Shown: positions 1-13,212, counted from the stretch's first letter. The stretch: DNA of 64,000 nt from Octopus sinensis (GCF_006345805.1 NC_043015.1:15810001-15874000); one strand, 5' to 3'. Made by a program: numbers and translations. The notes: generated by a model from the sequence alone, not told the origin.

Positions 1-781
1 TTTTTATGCGCATATTCCAAAATTCCAGTCTTATTGAACCTGTTAAAAAGATTTTGCTCCTGAAAAAGGAAGGTCATGGAGCTCTAAAATGTGAGAGTTA
101 AGGCCCCTGTTGGGGGTGGGCATCTTAATGTCAACCAGAGAAGTTGAATTGTTAAGAATATTTTTTAACTTGGGTCTTATATCTATTGTTTGAATTTCTT
201 TGAAATAGGAAATATATGTTCACTGGGTTTGTAAAAGAGAGCAAAGCTACAAAAAACCAAAAGACGAATGATCACAATAAGCAGTCAGTTACCCTACCCT
301 AGTCGGTACCACTCCCAATGTAGGATTCCTCACCATCCAGGTGACAGGCACAGCCGTAAGATGTATTACGAATCTATGGCAATTGGAAGGGCTAAGGAGA
401 AATTAAAGTGTCACATCTGGAGTTTGCAAATGACCACTATAATGATACGTAACTGGACAGAATAAATTTACAATCTATGAATGTCTTTGAATAACCAGTC
501 ACTCATCTAGGAAGGCCTTGAAATCAATGTTACCATCTGGGGACTATGTGTGACCCAGTGATAATAAAAAGACTGAAAGGAGGTCTGCAATCAAATAACT
601 TTACTCAACACTTTGCAACTGAATCAGTGGAGGCAAAGATGCCTCTCATTTACTTGACAATTTATGCAGCACATTGCAGAAATCACAATGTAAGTGTATG
701 TCAAAGCAAACTTTTGACCTAGTTTTGGATCATAAAAGAAATGTCTAAAATTTGGGAGTTAAGGCTCCCATTAGAGTGTTA

Positions 782-3105
782 TATATGTTTTACGGTACGT
801 CGCCAATCTCCACGGTAGCTGGCAACTGCTTCCCAGTTGGTAATATTGATGTTACAAGCATTCATGTCCCTTTTGCAAACATCCTTGTATCGTAAGACCT
901 AGTGCCCCTAGCAAGCTCTCCGTTGAGTATGTCCTTGGGGATTCTGCCATCTTCCATACGGCTAACATGTCCAAGCCATCTCATACGTCTTTGTGTGAGG
1001 AGTGCAAACATGCTTGGTATTCCTGCTTGCTTGAGGACATCTTTGTTGGGGACATGATTCTGCCATTTGATGCGAAGGATTTTCCGGAGGCAGCGTAGGT
1101 GAAAAATATTTAGGCGACGCTCTTGGCGCGTGAATGGCGTCCAAGTCTCACTTCCATACAGTAGAGTGCTAAGTACACATGCCTGATAGATCTTCATTTT
1201 CGTGGTCTTGGTCAGCTTATTGTTGTCCCATGCCCGTTTGAAGAGTTGAGCCATCACAGCAGTTGCCTTGCCAATGCGTATATTGAGCTCATCAAGGGAT
1301 AGGTTATAGGTGACGGTAGAGCCAAGATAGGTAAACTTCTCCACCTCCTGTAGTCTGTGGTCTCCAATATGTATGTTTGGGATGTCCGATGTAGCCTGAC
1401 CCATGATGTTGGTCTTCTTGAGGCTGATAGCTAAGCCAAAGTTGATACATGCTTGCTCAAAACAGTTGATGAGCCTTTGTGGGGCTTCTTCTGTGTGTGA
1501 TACCAGAGTGGCATCATCAGCAAATAGCATCGCCTTGATCAGGACGCTTCTTATTTTGGTCTTGGCACGCAGACGCGAAAGATTGAACAGTTTCCCATCA
1601 CTTGTACTGTGCAGAAACACTCTATCATCTGATGTCTCAAAGGCATGTGGCAGCAGCGAGAAGATGCCAAATAATGTAGGAGTAAGGACACAACTTTGCT
1701 TTACCCCATTTTTTATTTGGAAGGCGGCTGATGTTGAACCATTGTGCTGTATGGTGCCTTGCATATCATCATGGAAAGATTTGATGATCGTCAGCAGCTT
1801 TGATGAACATCCGATTTTTTGGAGCAGGATGAAGAGGCCTTTTCTACTTACCAAGTCAAAGGCCTTTGTCAGATCAATGAAGGCCATATATAATGGCATT
1901 TTCTGCTCTCTGGACTTCTCCTGAAGTTGGCGTCAATAGTTGATCTTCTTCTAAAGCCACACTGCGATTCTGGATAAATTTGAGAAGCAAGCAGTTGTAT
2001 CCTGGACAGGATAATGCGAGCAAAGGCCTTTCCAACAGTGTTTAGAAGAGATATTCCACGGTAATTGTTACAATCACCACGGTCACCTTTGTTTTTGTAA
2101 AGCAGGATGGTGTTTTTGCTGGTTTTGCTGATCTCTAAGAGGATGCCGTCTTTTCCTGGAGCCTTGTTACTTGCTAGGGAGTCAATAGCCTTGGTGAGCT
2201 CTGCTATAGATGGCAGACTGTCAAGTTCGCACATGACTGGCAAGATCTTGACACCCTCGATTGCAGCTTCAGCTACCGTGGTCTCCCGTGAGTAGAGATC
2301 CTGGTAGTACTCCACCCATGTATCCATTTGCTTGCTTTGGTCCTTGATGAAATCTCCAGTAGTTGATTTCAGAGGGGCTGGCTTGGTTGCTGATGGACCG
2401 AGGGCCTTCCTCAAACCGGCATACATCCCACGGGTGTCGCCACTGTCAGCAGCTGACTGGATACTGGATACAGCTGACAGATTTCCTGCCAATACCTATT
2501 TGCACAGCGTCTAGCAGTCAGTTGGGTTTTATTTCTTGCCTTTCTGAGTTGTTCGAGTGATTTTGTAGAAGAATCCCTCTTGTATTGCACGCTTTGCTTC
2601 GATAACTGTTTCCAGCTCTGAGAGCCCAGCATTGAACCAATCTGGGTTTTGCTTTTCTCTCATACCGAAAGTATCTATTGATGTGGTATACAAAGTTTCC
2701 CTGATATAATTCCACCAACTTTCATCAGAGGAGGTTGGGCAGCTACTGAGGGAAACTTTGATAGAAACAGCAAAACATTGTCGCAGTGTAAGGTCCGAGA
2801 TTCTGGCAGTGTTAATGCGTGGTCGGTCAATTTTCTTGGAATGATGGACATTTTTAGGCAGAATCTTCACCCTGCTTCTTATTAGTAAATAATCTATGTC
2901 ACAATCCGCGCTATGGTAACTACGAGTCAGTTGAACAAAATTCAGAAAGGATCATCGTGTAATGATGAGATCCAGCTGATGCCAGTGGTGAAATCTTGGA
3001 TGTGAGATGTCTTGTTGGCGAAGAATGTGTTAGTGATGCACAGGTTATGGTATGTGCAAAATTCAAGTAGTCTCTGACCAGTGTCATTCATGTTGCCAAT
3101 ACCAT
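782..3105 (-). mobile_element. Degraded RTE-clade LINE (end of endonuclease + reverse transcriptase), several frameshifts
   Basis: ORF fragments with YMAFIDLTKAFD, GVKQSCVL-P-LF, LFADD, FTYLGS, STLLYGSETW, RMRWLGHVSRM and DRGDCNNYRGISLL..KAFARI. A frameshifted C-terminus (LRYKDVCKRDM...WRRTVKHI*) runs to about 782. An APE remnant GIGNMNDTGQRLLEFC..HNLCITNTFF lies near 3020-3105. Confidence 0.93.
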
Positions 3106-3171
3106 AACACATACACTTACATATATACATATATATACGATTGATTTGTTTCAGTTCCTGTCTACGAAATC

Positions 3172-3238
<67 letters not shown>

Positions 3239-3324
3239 GCACACACACACAAACATAAATTGATAGATACAACTGAGTGGGCAAACAAAAATATGAGACA
3301 CTGCGTAGTGCTTTTTTATATTTT

Positions 3325-3636
3325 GATAAGCCTGGTACTTATTCTATCAGTTTCTTCTTGTGAAACCAGTAAGTTATAGGGATGTAAATAAACGAACACC
3401 AGTTGTGAAGCAGTGATGAGGGAGAAACACAAAGGCACACACATAGACTTACGTATATACATATATATACATACAATTGATTTCTTTCAGTTTCTGTCTA
3501 CAAAATCCACTGACAAGGCTTTGGTTGGTCTGAGGCTATAGCAGAAGACACATGCCAAGTTACCACACAGTAGGACTGAACTGAGGACCATGTGTTTTGG
3601 AACCAAGTTTGTTACCACACAGCCACACCTGCACCT
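3325..3636 (-). mobile_element. tRNA-derived SINE (abundant family A), CpG-decayed copy
   Basis: Colinear with the copies at 20213-20624 and 39011-39426 (GTGGCTGTGTGGTAA head; GGATTT.GTAGAC.GAAACTGAAAGAA; AAGTAC tail), with most CpG changed to TpG/CpA. Confidence 0.8.
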
Positions 3637-3721
3637 ATGTGTGTGTGCGTATGTGTGTATGGGTGTATATATGTATGCATGTATATATGTGTATATATAT
3701 GTGTACATATTACATGTACAT

Positions 3722-3952
<231 letters not shown>

Positions 3953-6383
3953 TAGAGAGATGTTTTTGTTTCACTTTTAACACGTAATACTGAAATAGTG
4001 GAGAAGATATGATATTGCTGTGGGCTCGCTCTAGGCAAGAAGTTAAACAATTTTTTGCCCATGACACTACATGGACCCAAAGTAAGGCATGTGTAAAATT
4101 TGAATGAAAGTGGTTGTGTAGTTCTCAAGTTTTAGGGAAACACACAGACAGTCAGACAGACACACACACACACATTCTCAGTTTTACATATATATATGAA
4201 AAACTAGAAAGTGATTTCTTATTCCTTAATCATTCTGCATAATTTTAATCTACTAGCTTTATTGGTTTCCCTAAATAAACATCGTGATAGTGGGCAAACT
4301 TGATAGATATAATTGCTAGCAAGCCGTTTGTAAATCAATTTCTATGTCATCTGGTTAAGGAAAGCAGTAACTGACTGAATTATTATGGTCAGACTACCTA
4401 ATGAGCTGATGGTGTTATAAGATGGGAACTATACTGACACAGATATGTTTAATTATATGTTTTATCCGTTCAATTTATTTATCTAACCCTTTGCCTATTT
4501 TCCTTCTATTTTTTTGTTCTTTTCATTCACTCCACTTCTTGATCGGTTAGTTTGAATTTGTGGTTTACGATGTAATGGTGTATATATATATATATATTTG
4601 TTTTAAATGTCATATTCTAGTCAAATGATAATGACATCATCAGTGTGAGGTATATATTCTGTGGAATAAGATTTCACTTAGCGACCCATTTGTACGTATA
4701 CCTGAGGAATCGACATTTACTGCTAACATAATACTTATACGATGTATTTTCCATATATTATACAATAATATTTCGGCAATGACTTTTTTTTAAGTGATGA
4801 TGAAACGATTGTGGTAATATGCAATAAAACGTGTTACTGAATCTATTCTCTCTTGTTAATATTTTTATGTGTATTATACAGATATTCATGAATTTCCGAA
4901 TGTGTTTCCTGTAATATGATCAGTTTTCGCTGTAAAATCGTGTCTGAGACCGATACCCGTAGATGGGTTTCTAAACAAACTACAACGTTAATTGTTGGAA
5001 TTAAACCGAAGCGCAACAAAGAAACGAACGGAAAATGCACACACAAGACATGGACGTGCTCATTTCTTTTCAGTTATTGTCCCCCAAAAAATCCTTACAA
5101 TTTCATGCCTTTAACGATAACTTTGTTCTTTTTCGGTTGCATCAACAGCGATAAACGGCTGGGAATAGTGAGCAAATGTTGAGGACAGTGACGAAAACAA
5201 ATAGCACAGGTAGTGGTACGAATGTAAATATACAAACAAAATAATGGCCATACGGCTGCGAGACAAAGATAAGACAGAACGTGTGTATGAGTAACACAAT
5301 GGAAAATGTCCTATAAGACTGGAAACGGAAAGTGAACAGATAGAAAGATAGTACGAAGGTGAAAAAAAAATGAACTGAGAAAAAACAAGCCCTCTGTAGA
5401 AAGTGGAGAAGAGAGCAAGGGCCTGCGAGAAGCGTGACTGCACAAGTCCAAAGGAAAAAAGCGGGCAGTCATAAGAATGGTCGCGGGTCACATGGTGCTG
5501 GTAGAGGAGAGAAGAAAAAGTGGTCGAGAGTAGAGAGGCAGAAAGTAACAGAGAGGTAAGTCGGTGAGAGAGAGAAGGAGAGAAAGAGATAAGAGAAAGA
5601 AAAAGGACAAAAATATGGGTGCGTCGCGTTATATTAGATAATGTTTCAAAAATTAAACCGAAACATGATAAAGTAACGAACGGAAAATTCACGCGAGACA
5701 TGGACGTGCTCCTTCCTCGTCAATTATCATCCCAAGACTCATTATAATTTCAGACTTTTAACAATAATATTTTTTAAAGCCTGGTACTTATTTTATCGTT
5801 CTCTTTTGTTTGGGCTGCTAATTCACGGAGATGCGAACACACTAACACCGGTTATTTTGCGGTAGTGGTGGGCAAACACATGCACAGATACACGCAATGT
5901 ATGTATGTATGTATGTATGTATGTATGTATGTATGTATGTATGTATATGGCTCTGTTCTTTTCTCTTTCCTCTTCCCTTCTTTTATTTTATGTATTTGTA
6001 TTCACGCTTATGAAGCTCCATGTACTGCATCGAATGTGCTATAAAAATGACGAATATTATTTTCGGAACTTCATTTGTAGGCTCCGACTGACATTGACAG
6101 CCGAAACGGCCGTAAGTAATGTTATGTCTCGTATTAAAAAATAATTAACTGATGTTGGGCAATTTGTTTGTTTGTTGATCAAAAGTTTTCTCCATTTTCT
6201 GCTTATTTTAAATTTGATTCCTGATTAACTTTTGTTTATTCTGTTATTACCTGTACCTTTTGAGTATATTTTGCTTGCATGCCCACGCCCAGTGTTAACA
6301 TAGGTAATTGATACCGGTAGTAAGAACGGATATTCTTATCCCTTAGACGGTTTTCCAGCCACTAACTCTGCTTACCTATATAT

Positions 6384-6428
<45 letters not shown>

Positions 6429-7159
6429 GTCAAACGTCTTTCAGTTTCCATCTATCAGATCCACTCGTGAAAGGGTTTTGTTGAATCTGTCTTTGAAGCT
6501 TAATTCAAACAGATTTTCTAAATTTGAATTTTACATTGTCAGCCATGCAGCATAGGCCTTTAGATCTTTTTCGCATCACTTCCACGAAAAGAAAAATATA
6601 AACAAATTATCATCTGTGTAGCTCACAGTATACTCTAAACTTCACCTTCCGGATACTGTTGATTAGTTTGTTCTCAAAGCTAATATCTGGATCATTTTTG
6701 TTGATCAAACCTATCAGACTGATAGGCTTGTGTAAAGTGGACTTGAAGTTAAGCGCTCTACACCAGTTCTTCACATAAAAAGAGACGTTGAGATTGTACA
6801 ACTTGACAGAGCATTGTTTGTTAGTCAGAAAATCCAAGATTCAGTTACTTATTCAGCAAAGGCTCGTACTCATTTTTGAAATTTTATAAGCATCTAGTGT
6901 GAAGGTACGATAACATTGAATGTTGTAATGTATTACTTGCTTTGAGGAGAGATGGAATGAGATATATGATTGGTGTCACATCTTATGCTATCATATTTTA
7001 GCATTGTTGCCATAAACTGAATTGGGTAAAGAGGAATAGTTTTATGCGAGTCACTTCAGACATAGTTTTACGGATGGATGTACATACCATATTTAAATTC
7101 AGGTGTTGTCAACGGACTTAAGTAACATAATACATTCAATTAAGTTTTAGCTTTTTATC

Positions 7160-7491
7160 TTTTACTTATTTGTCATTATAAGCCTGGTACTTAGGCTATT
7201 GGACTCTTTAACTGAACCGCTAAGTTGCAGGGACGTAACACATCAAAACCAGTAGTGAAATGTTATGGAGAACAAACACAGGCACAAAGATATACACATG
7301 CGTACGCGCAGGCATATATATATACGATGGGCGTCTTTCAGTTTCTGTCTTCCAAATCCACTCACAAGGTTTCTACTATACCCTCGGTCCGAGGGTAGAA
7401 TAGAAGATACTTGCCCAAGGTTCCACGCAGTGGCGCTGCATCCGGAACCATGTGCATGGGAAGCAAACTTCTTATCACACAGCCACGCCTG
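7160..7491 (-). mobile_element. SINE family A copy
   Basis: Colinear with the other family A copies (CTGAACCGCTAAG..GGGACGTAA, TTTCAGTTTC.GTCT.CCAAATCCACTCACAAGG, CTTGCCCAAGG). Confidence 0.82.
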
Positions 7492-8665
7492 TATATAATC
7501 CATTGTCTTCTGTTATCTTAATATAACACTTATCTCTACAAAAAGCATGAAGAGCTTTCCCGAGTAAATCATTCATATTTAACTTCCCCTTGATACGTGA
7601 TATATGTTAGACAAGGCTCTGAAGTATTTATAAGATGACATAGTTATCCAAACATTTTTATACTATGATTTTGTTTTTATCATAAACATAACGCACCAGT
7701 CTACTTATTAACTCGAATAGCACCATGACGTATTTTTATGACCTTCATATTATATTTTCTGTTGCCTGTTTCTGAGATTTTCTATTACACCTAATAATGT
7801 ATAAATTTTGCGAGTGTGAGAGGGAGAAGAGTGACAAGAAGAAAGATAGATAAGTAGGTTGATAGGCAGGCAGGTAGGCAGGTAGGCAGGCAGGCAGGTA
7901 GGTAGGCAGACAGACAGATACGTATTTATGTACACAAAGCTTCACACACGCATGAAGAAAATGGGGGAGGAACTATAACGAGAAGAGAAAGTAACAGAGA
8001 AAGGCATAAATAATTACTAAATGTTTAGGGGGGGGGGGGTTTCTGTAAAAATCTTACTGAGACATGTAACCGATGAGCATTAGAAAAGTGCTTGGAAAGT
8101 GCGGTGCCTGGCGGCAGAAATTAGCTTGTAGTGTCAATTGAGAAGATGAAAGTTGGAAAAATGATTTCGAATGATTCTAACGTACAAAGTTAGCAGGAGG
8201 TTTTGTTATAACTAAGTAACCAAGTGTTCTAATTAATACGATAACGTGACTTAGGATTCCTTAGGAACCATATTTAAGATGATGATGAACAAGATAGCCT
8301 GTTCAGGTTGCGAAATGAATGTGTATGCTGATTATATCGTAAGTGTTGATTTTAACAGTGGAGAAGTATGTTAGTTACTTTCCTATACAGTCTCCTTAAA
8401 GAAAACAGGTAAGGTGGCAGCAGTTCATTGTTTAGTGGTTGCGTGTTAAGGAATGTTACTGATGGTAGAACAGAATAATTTCTGTGGTAATCATTTGAGG
8501 TGGTAAGCGTTTATGTAGAAATTGAGGGACTGCTTGGCAATAGTCTCGGAATTGCAATTTATAGTCCAGCTTATAACCTGCAACTGTGTATGTTCTGGTA
8601 CAGATATTTCCCCCTTAAATACACAGACATGAATCTGAATTTACAACACATGCTATATAATGATG

Positions 8666-8718
<53 letters not shown>

Positions 8719-8946
8719 GTGTGTGTGTATGTGTGTGTGTGTGTGTGTGCGAATGTGTGTGCGTGTGTGTGTGTGCCTTGTGTGGGTTCTTTATTACATC
8801 ATATATTTGTAGATGCTAAGGGACCAGTATGTATGTATGTATGTATGTATGTATGCATGTATGTATGCATGTATGTATGTATGTATGTATGTATGTATGT
8901 ATGTATGTATATGTGTGTATGCATATGAATTTGTTATTGTATATGC

Positions 8947-10220
8947 TTGTGTTGGTTTGTGCATTGTGGGATCGCTTAAAAGCACTACTGGAAACATGTA
9001 ACTTGTTGCATAGTTGGGTTCATCGGCAACTAAACTGGCAACTTTTCCAAGATTGCCTGATGAGGAGGGGGATTTTGGACACCCCTCAGAATGAAAAACA
9101 AAACCTTCAAAGGGCAGATAAATTCAAGACAGTCAGTAGCTATCCAAAAATGTGTAGATATGCAAGTTACATATGTGTGCGCATGTTTAGTGACATGTTT
9201 TCATGCATTCAAATGAAGCATAGAAGACATGAGCTATCTTCCTCCACAATTTCAAAGACGGCAGCAGCAAGCCAACAGGATCAAATGGTTCATGTGGTAA
9301 CATATCATCAAGCTGGACTAGAAGCCTTGATGCAGGGAAAACATTTGGAGTTATGCTTTATGGCCTGGGCACGCATCAAATTAACATGTACTGCAAGCTC
9401 TAGAGATTCTTTCAGCCAATTTGGCAATCCTCTGCATTCTTATACAAGCTCATTTTAACTTGTCGTAGGGCATATTGTGTGAGAACGAAAGAATGACTCT
9501 GATGTGCGCTCAGCTCTTCCTCTCTATAGAAAAAACCTTGCGCTAGAACAGTATCTGTGTCTAATTTGTAAAACCTGCGTAGCATGTAATGGACAGACCC
9601 CCAGCTGATGGCAAAATAGTCTTGTTCGAGTGGCTAATGTATTCTACTTATGCGAGAATGAAATACTGCCACTTTGTAGTTTCAGGTGCACGAAGGATGT
9701 AGGATATGCAGGAATGGTTGCGGTTTTCTTCCTATATTGTAAAAGTATTGCGTTGTCAGGTAGAGTAGTCATTGATTCAAGATGGCTGAAAATCTTTGGA
9801 GCTATAGACGGCTGACCTCGCATTGCTGCAGTTGAGTTATTTCAAATTTGAATAAAATTTGATTATTTCAAATTGGATTAAAAATGAAATACCGCCATTC
9901 TGTAGCCTCGAGAAAAGAACGGCATATGTAGTATATGTATATATGGGAGCAGTTGTGATTCTTTTGTTCCCTAGGCATAGATGGTCCCTGTATGTATGTG
10001 TGTGGTTTGTGTTGGTTTGTGCATTGTGGGATCGCTTAAAAGCACTACTGGAAACATGTAACCCAGTACAACTTGTTGCATAGTTGGGTTCATCGGCAAC
10101 TAAACTGGCGACTTTTCCAAGATTGCCTGATGAGGAGGGGGATTTTGGACACCCCTCAGAATGAAAAACAAAACCTTCAAAGGGCAGATAAATTCAAGAC
10201 AGTCAGTAGCTATCCAAAAA
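8947..10220 (-). mobile_element. Degraded Penelope-like element fragment between ~205-215 bp direct repeats (pseudo-LTR-like)
   Basis: Direct repeats 8947-9150 and 10007-10220 differ by 1 substitution and one 10-bp indel. The minus-strand translation around 9650-9736 gives YRKKT...TSFVH...SISFSH, resembling the PLE RT thumb motif YRKPT..TSxHP..SIPFSQ. There is no TSD, PBS or PPT. Confidence 0.5.
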
Positions 10221-10515
10221 CGTTTAGTCATTGTCTACATTAGTTGCCAATGGACAAACAGACTAACTAAGCATCCTTTTTCTTTTTCCTTCTTTCTTTT
10301 TTCCTTTCTCTCTGTCGTCTTTAATTGATTTTTTTTTTTAAGTTGTCAGATCGTCATCAAATTTTACTAAGGCACAGTCACATTCGTGTTTATATATTTG
10401 TATACGCATGTTTGTGTACAGGAACGTAATGATTTGTTCATATACGTGTATATGATTGCATCCATATATATATAATATATATGTATTAATATATGTTATG
10501 TATGTATGTATATAT

Positions 10516-10600
<85 letters not shown>

Positions 10601-11820
10601 CAGCAAGATGCACAATTTGTCTTTATCCCTTAGAAGGTTAAGAGTCTGGATAAGGGATAGAAAAAGAGAAAACTGAAAACGGAAACAAATGGTACACAAA
10701 ACTGCTAATCTTTACTTAACAGTACCACGATATAAAATATTATCAAGTAGAACAGTAGCATTTAAAAATAAATTAAAACAATGTTTGAATAAAATATTAC
10801 TTGACAATAAACACATGTTTTTATTGACAAGTAGTATATGAGTCAACGACCGGCAATTTCATATTTCACTTGAATCTACTTTTCTAAGAAATTCACTATC
10901 ATTTTCAATTTTATGAAAAAATTCTGAATGGATAATTACATGTATAAAGCCTTTGATTGTAACTTCTACCGTATTACCCCTTTCTTCTGACCAGTCATTT
11001 AAGTGGTGCAGAAGTACCATGAAGATGGAGAATTTATTCTACGCAGCACTAAGTGTTTTTACTTTTATGTGTGTTTCTTTGCAATCAGCAAATATATTTT
11101 TCCACTTCCCTTCATGTCTTTCATCTTCTGCTTGTTTTAAGTCACTGGATCGCAGCCATAATGTAGCTCCACTTTCAAGGATTTTGTTAAATAAATATAT
11201 CAATCCCAGTACTTTTTGGTCATCAAGTGGTAGTGAGAGGACAAACACAAGTACATAGATACATGCATATAACAACTCGACTGGTTGTTATAACAACCAG
11301 TTAATGATGTGAATTAAAAAATATCTTTAACATATGAATATAAACAAATTACAGAAGACTCCCACCGACTGAAATAAAAATGACCAAAACCGACTAAGTT
11401 TGCTCACTCATAAAACCATTACATGTAAACCGCAAGCCAATTGGTTAAAATAAAGGTGGAGTCTATGCCAGCAATATCGGTGCGTCCGACAAACCGTGGC
11501 GTTTAAGTTGCATACTGATTGATCAAAACCGTATTCGAAAAATGCAGCTTTTCGGAGCCTTCTAAAAAGTATAAAAATGAAGAAATCGGTCATTTTGCTA
11601 CAGTTGTCAAGAACTCAGCTCAACTGTCAGTCAATACATTTTGAAATCTGATAATTACTACGAACGTATGAAAGCGGTAATGGACATTACTAGATAGTTT
11701 TTTAATGTTTAACACACTTCAACATGGTAAAAAATCTTTTTTAAATACAATAATAAAAAACGTGAAAACCAGACTTTGTCGTAACTTTATTCAACTGTGT
11801 ATATCTCTCTCTTTCTCTTT

Positions 11821-12152
11821 TTCTCTCTTTTTACTTGTTTCAGTCATTTTGACTGCGGCCATGCTGGTGCACCGCCTTTAATCGAGCAACTCGACCCCGG
11901 GACTTATTCTTTGTAAGCCCAGTACTTATTCTATCGTCCTCTTTTGCCGAACCGCTAAGTGACGGGGACATAAACACACCAGCATCGGTTGTCAAGCAAT
12001 GCTAGGGGGAGAAACAGAGACACACAAACATACACGCACATACATATATATATATACATATATACGACGGGCTTCTTTCAGTTTCCGTTTACCAATGGAC
12101 TTTCACACAGTTCCTATACAAGGCAAGTTTCCTAACCACACAGTCATGCCTG
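11821..12152 (-). mobile_element. SINE family A copy (CpG retained, internal deletion)
   Basis: GACTGCGGCCATGCTGG.GCACCGCC, TCGACCCCGGGACTTATTCTTTGTAAGCCCAGTACTTATTCTATCG and GCCGAACCGCTAAGTGACGGGGAC match the other copies. Confidence 0.85.
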
Positions 12153-12719
12153 TAACTATACACGTATGCATCATGCATACATACATGTGTTTGTGTATGT
12201 ATATACATGCGTGTGTGCTTGTGTGCACAAATTCATATTTGCAGATATCTACTCACTATCACACACACACACACACACACACCTCACACACACATACACA
12301 AAGTCAAGCATGCACACACCTCATCCACACATATATAATGTAGGTTGTATTAATTGATAATGTAGTTGAAATTTTTCAAGAGAATGTTGCTGACAGAAAT
12401 TTATTAGTAAAACAGACAAAACTGGTTACAATATACAATAAAATATGTTTCTAATCACCTGCATAAAGCACAAAGTTATTTCTGACAATAAAATAATATC
12501 TCAAAATATTCTTGATAAAAATAATTTTAGAAACAAAAATTTTAACATGCTTAGCAGAAATAATGGAATCTTTAAATACTTCTTAAGTGTGTGTGGTGAT
12601 GGGGGGGGGCGTGTGCGTGTGTGCACAAGCATCGTTTTAAAAAGATTTTATCCATTCCTTAACCCTGAATTAGTTCAAATTCTTTTATAGATTATTTTAC
12701 TGTTAATCATTCAATCATT

Positions 12720-12760
<41 letters not shown>

Positions 12761-12764
<4 letters not shown>

Positions 12765-13041
12765 TTGACCGACCAGGCTATCAGATGTTGCTACACATCG
12801 CTGGTCACAATGCACTTCGCATTGTTTTAGCCTTCAAATGACGCCACCCCGCTGGCTAAGCGAGCAGGCCAACAGAAGAAAGAGTGAGAGAAAGAGTGGT
12901 GAAAGAGTACAGCAGGGATCACCACCCCCTGCCGGAGCCTCGTGAAGCTTTTAGGTGTTCTCGCTCAATAAACACATACAACGCCCAGTCTGGGAATTGA
13001 AACCGCGAGTCCACTGCCCTAACCACTGGGCCATTGCGCCT

Positions 13042-13043
<2 letters not shown>
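12761..13043 (-). mobile_element. tRNA-derived SINE family B with RTE-like 3' tail
   Basis: The minus-strand head GGAGGCGCAATGGCCCAGTGGTTAGGGCAG carries an A box, followed by a B-box-like GGTTTCAATTCCC. The 3' end CTGGTCGGTCAAGTGA matches the LINE end at 22801-22862. (TA)n lies on both sides. Confidence 0.85.
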
Positions 13044-13080
<37 letters not shown>

Positions 13081-13085
<5 letters not shown>

Positions 13086-13212
13086 GTAAATGTAATATGT
13101 GACAATTATTCGGTTGCCTTGATAAAACTCCGAGTTTCGGATGCCGCGGCATCCGCAACTCGGAGTTTTATCAAGGCAACCGAATAATTGTCACATATTA
13201 CTTTTACAGATA
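13081..13212. repeat. 132-bp near-perfect palindrome with no spacer
   Basis: Centred on CCGCGG (13144-13149). The 66-bp arms have only 2 mispaired positions (13091/13202 and 13137/13156). Confidence 0.97.

Noticed and set aside
268-465. 65-aa plus-strand ORF
   Set aside because: Short, with no motif or splice support; expected by chance.
6240-6378. Short inverted arms (ATTACCT/AGGTAAT) beside (TA)n; similar TATCCCTTA/TAAGGGATA at about 10623-10660
   Set aside because: Reminiscent of the ribozyme cassettes, but the arms are only 7-9 bp and no hammerhead core can be read.
6610-6837. 75-aa minus-strand ORF (DFLTNKQCSVKLYNL...)
   Set aside because: No recognisable motif, no convincing splice sites and no partner exons.
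8829-9458. Plus-strand ORF with VVTYH and FGNP..SY, superficially like the Penelope RT-EN linker
   Set aside because: The minus strand gives a better-ordered PLE motif (YRKxT..TSxH..SIxFS). The ORF starts in a microsatellite and runs through the direct repeat, so the plus-strand match is probably coincidental.
8947-10220. TRIM or LTR element interpretation of the direct repeats (TG...CA can be drawn)
   Set aside because: No target-site duplication, no TGG primer-binding site and no polypurine tract.
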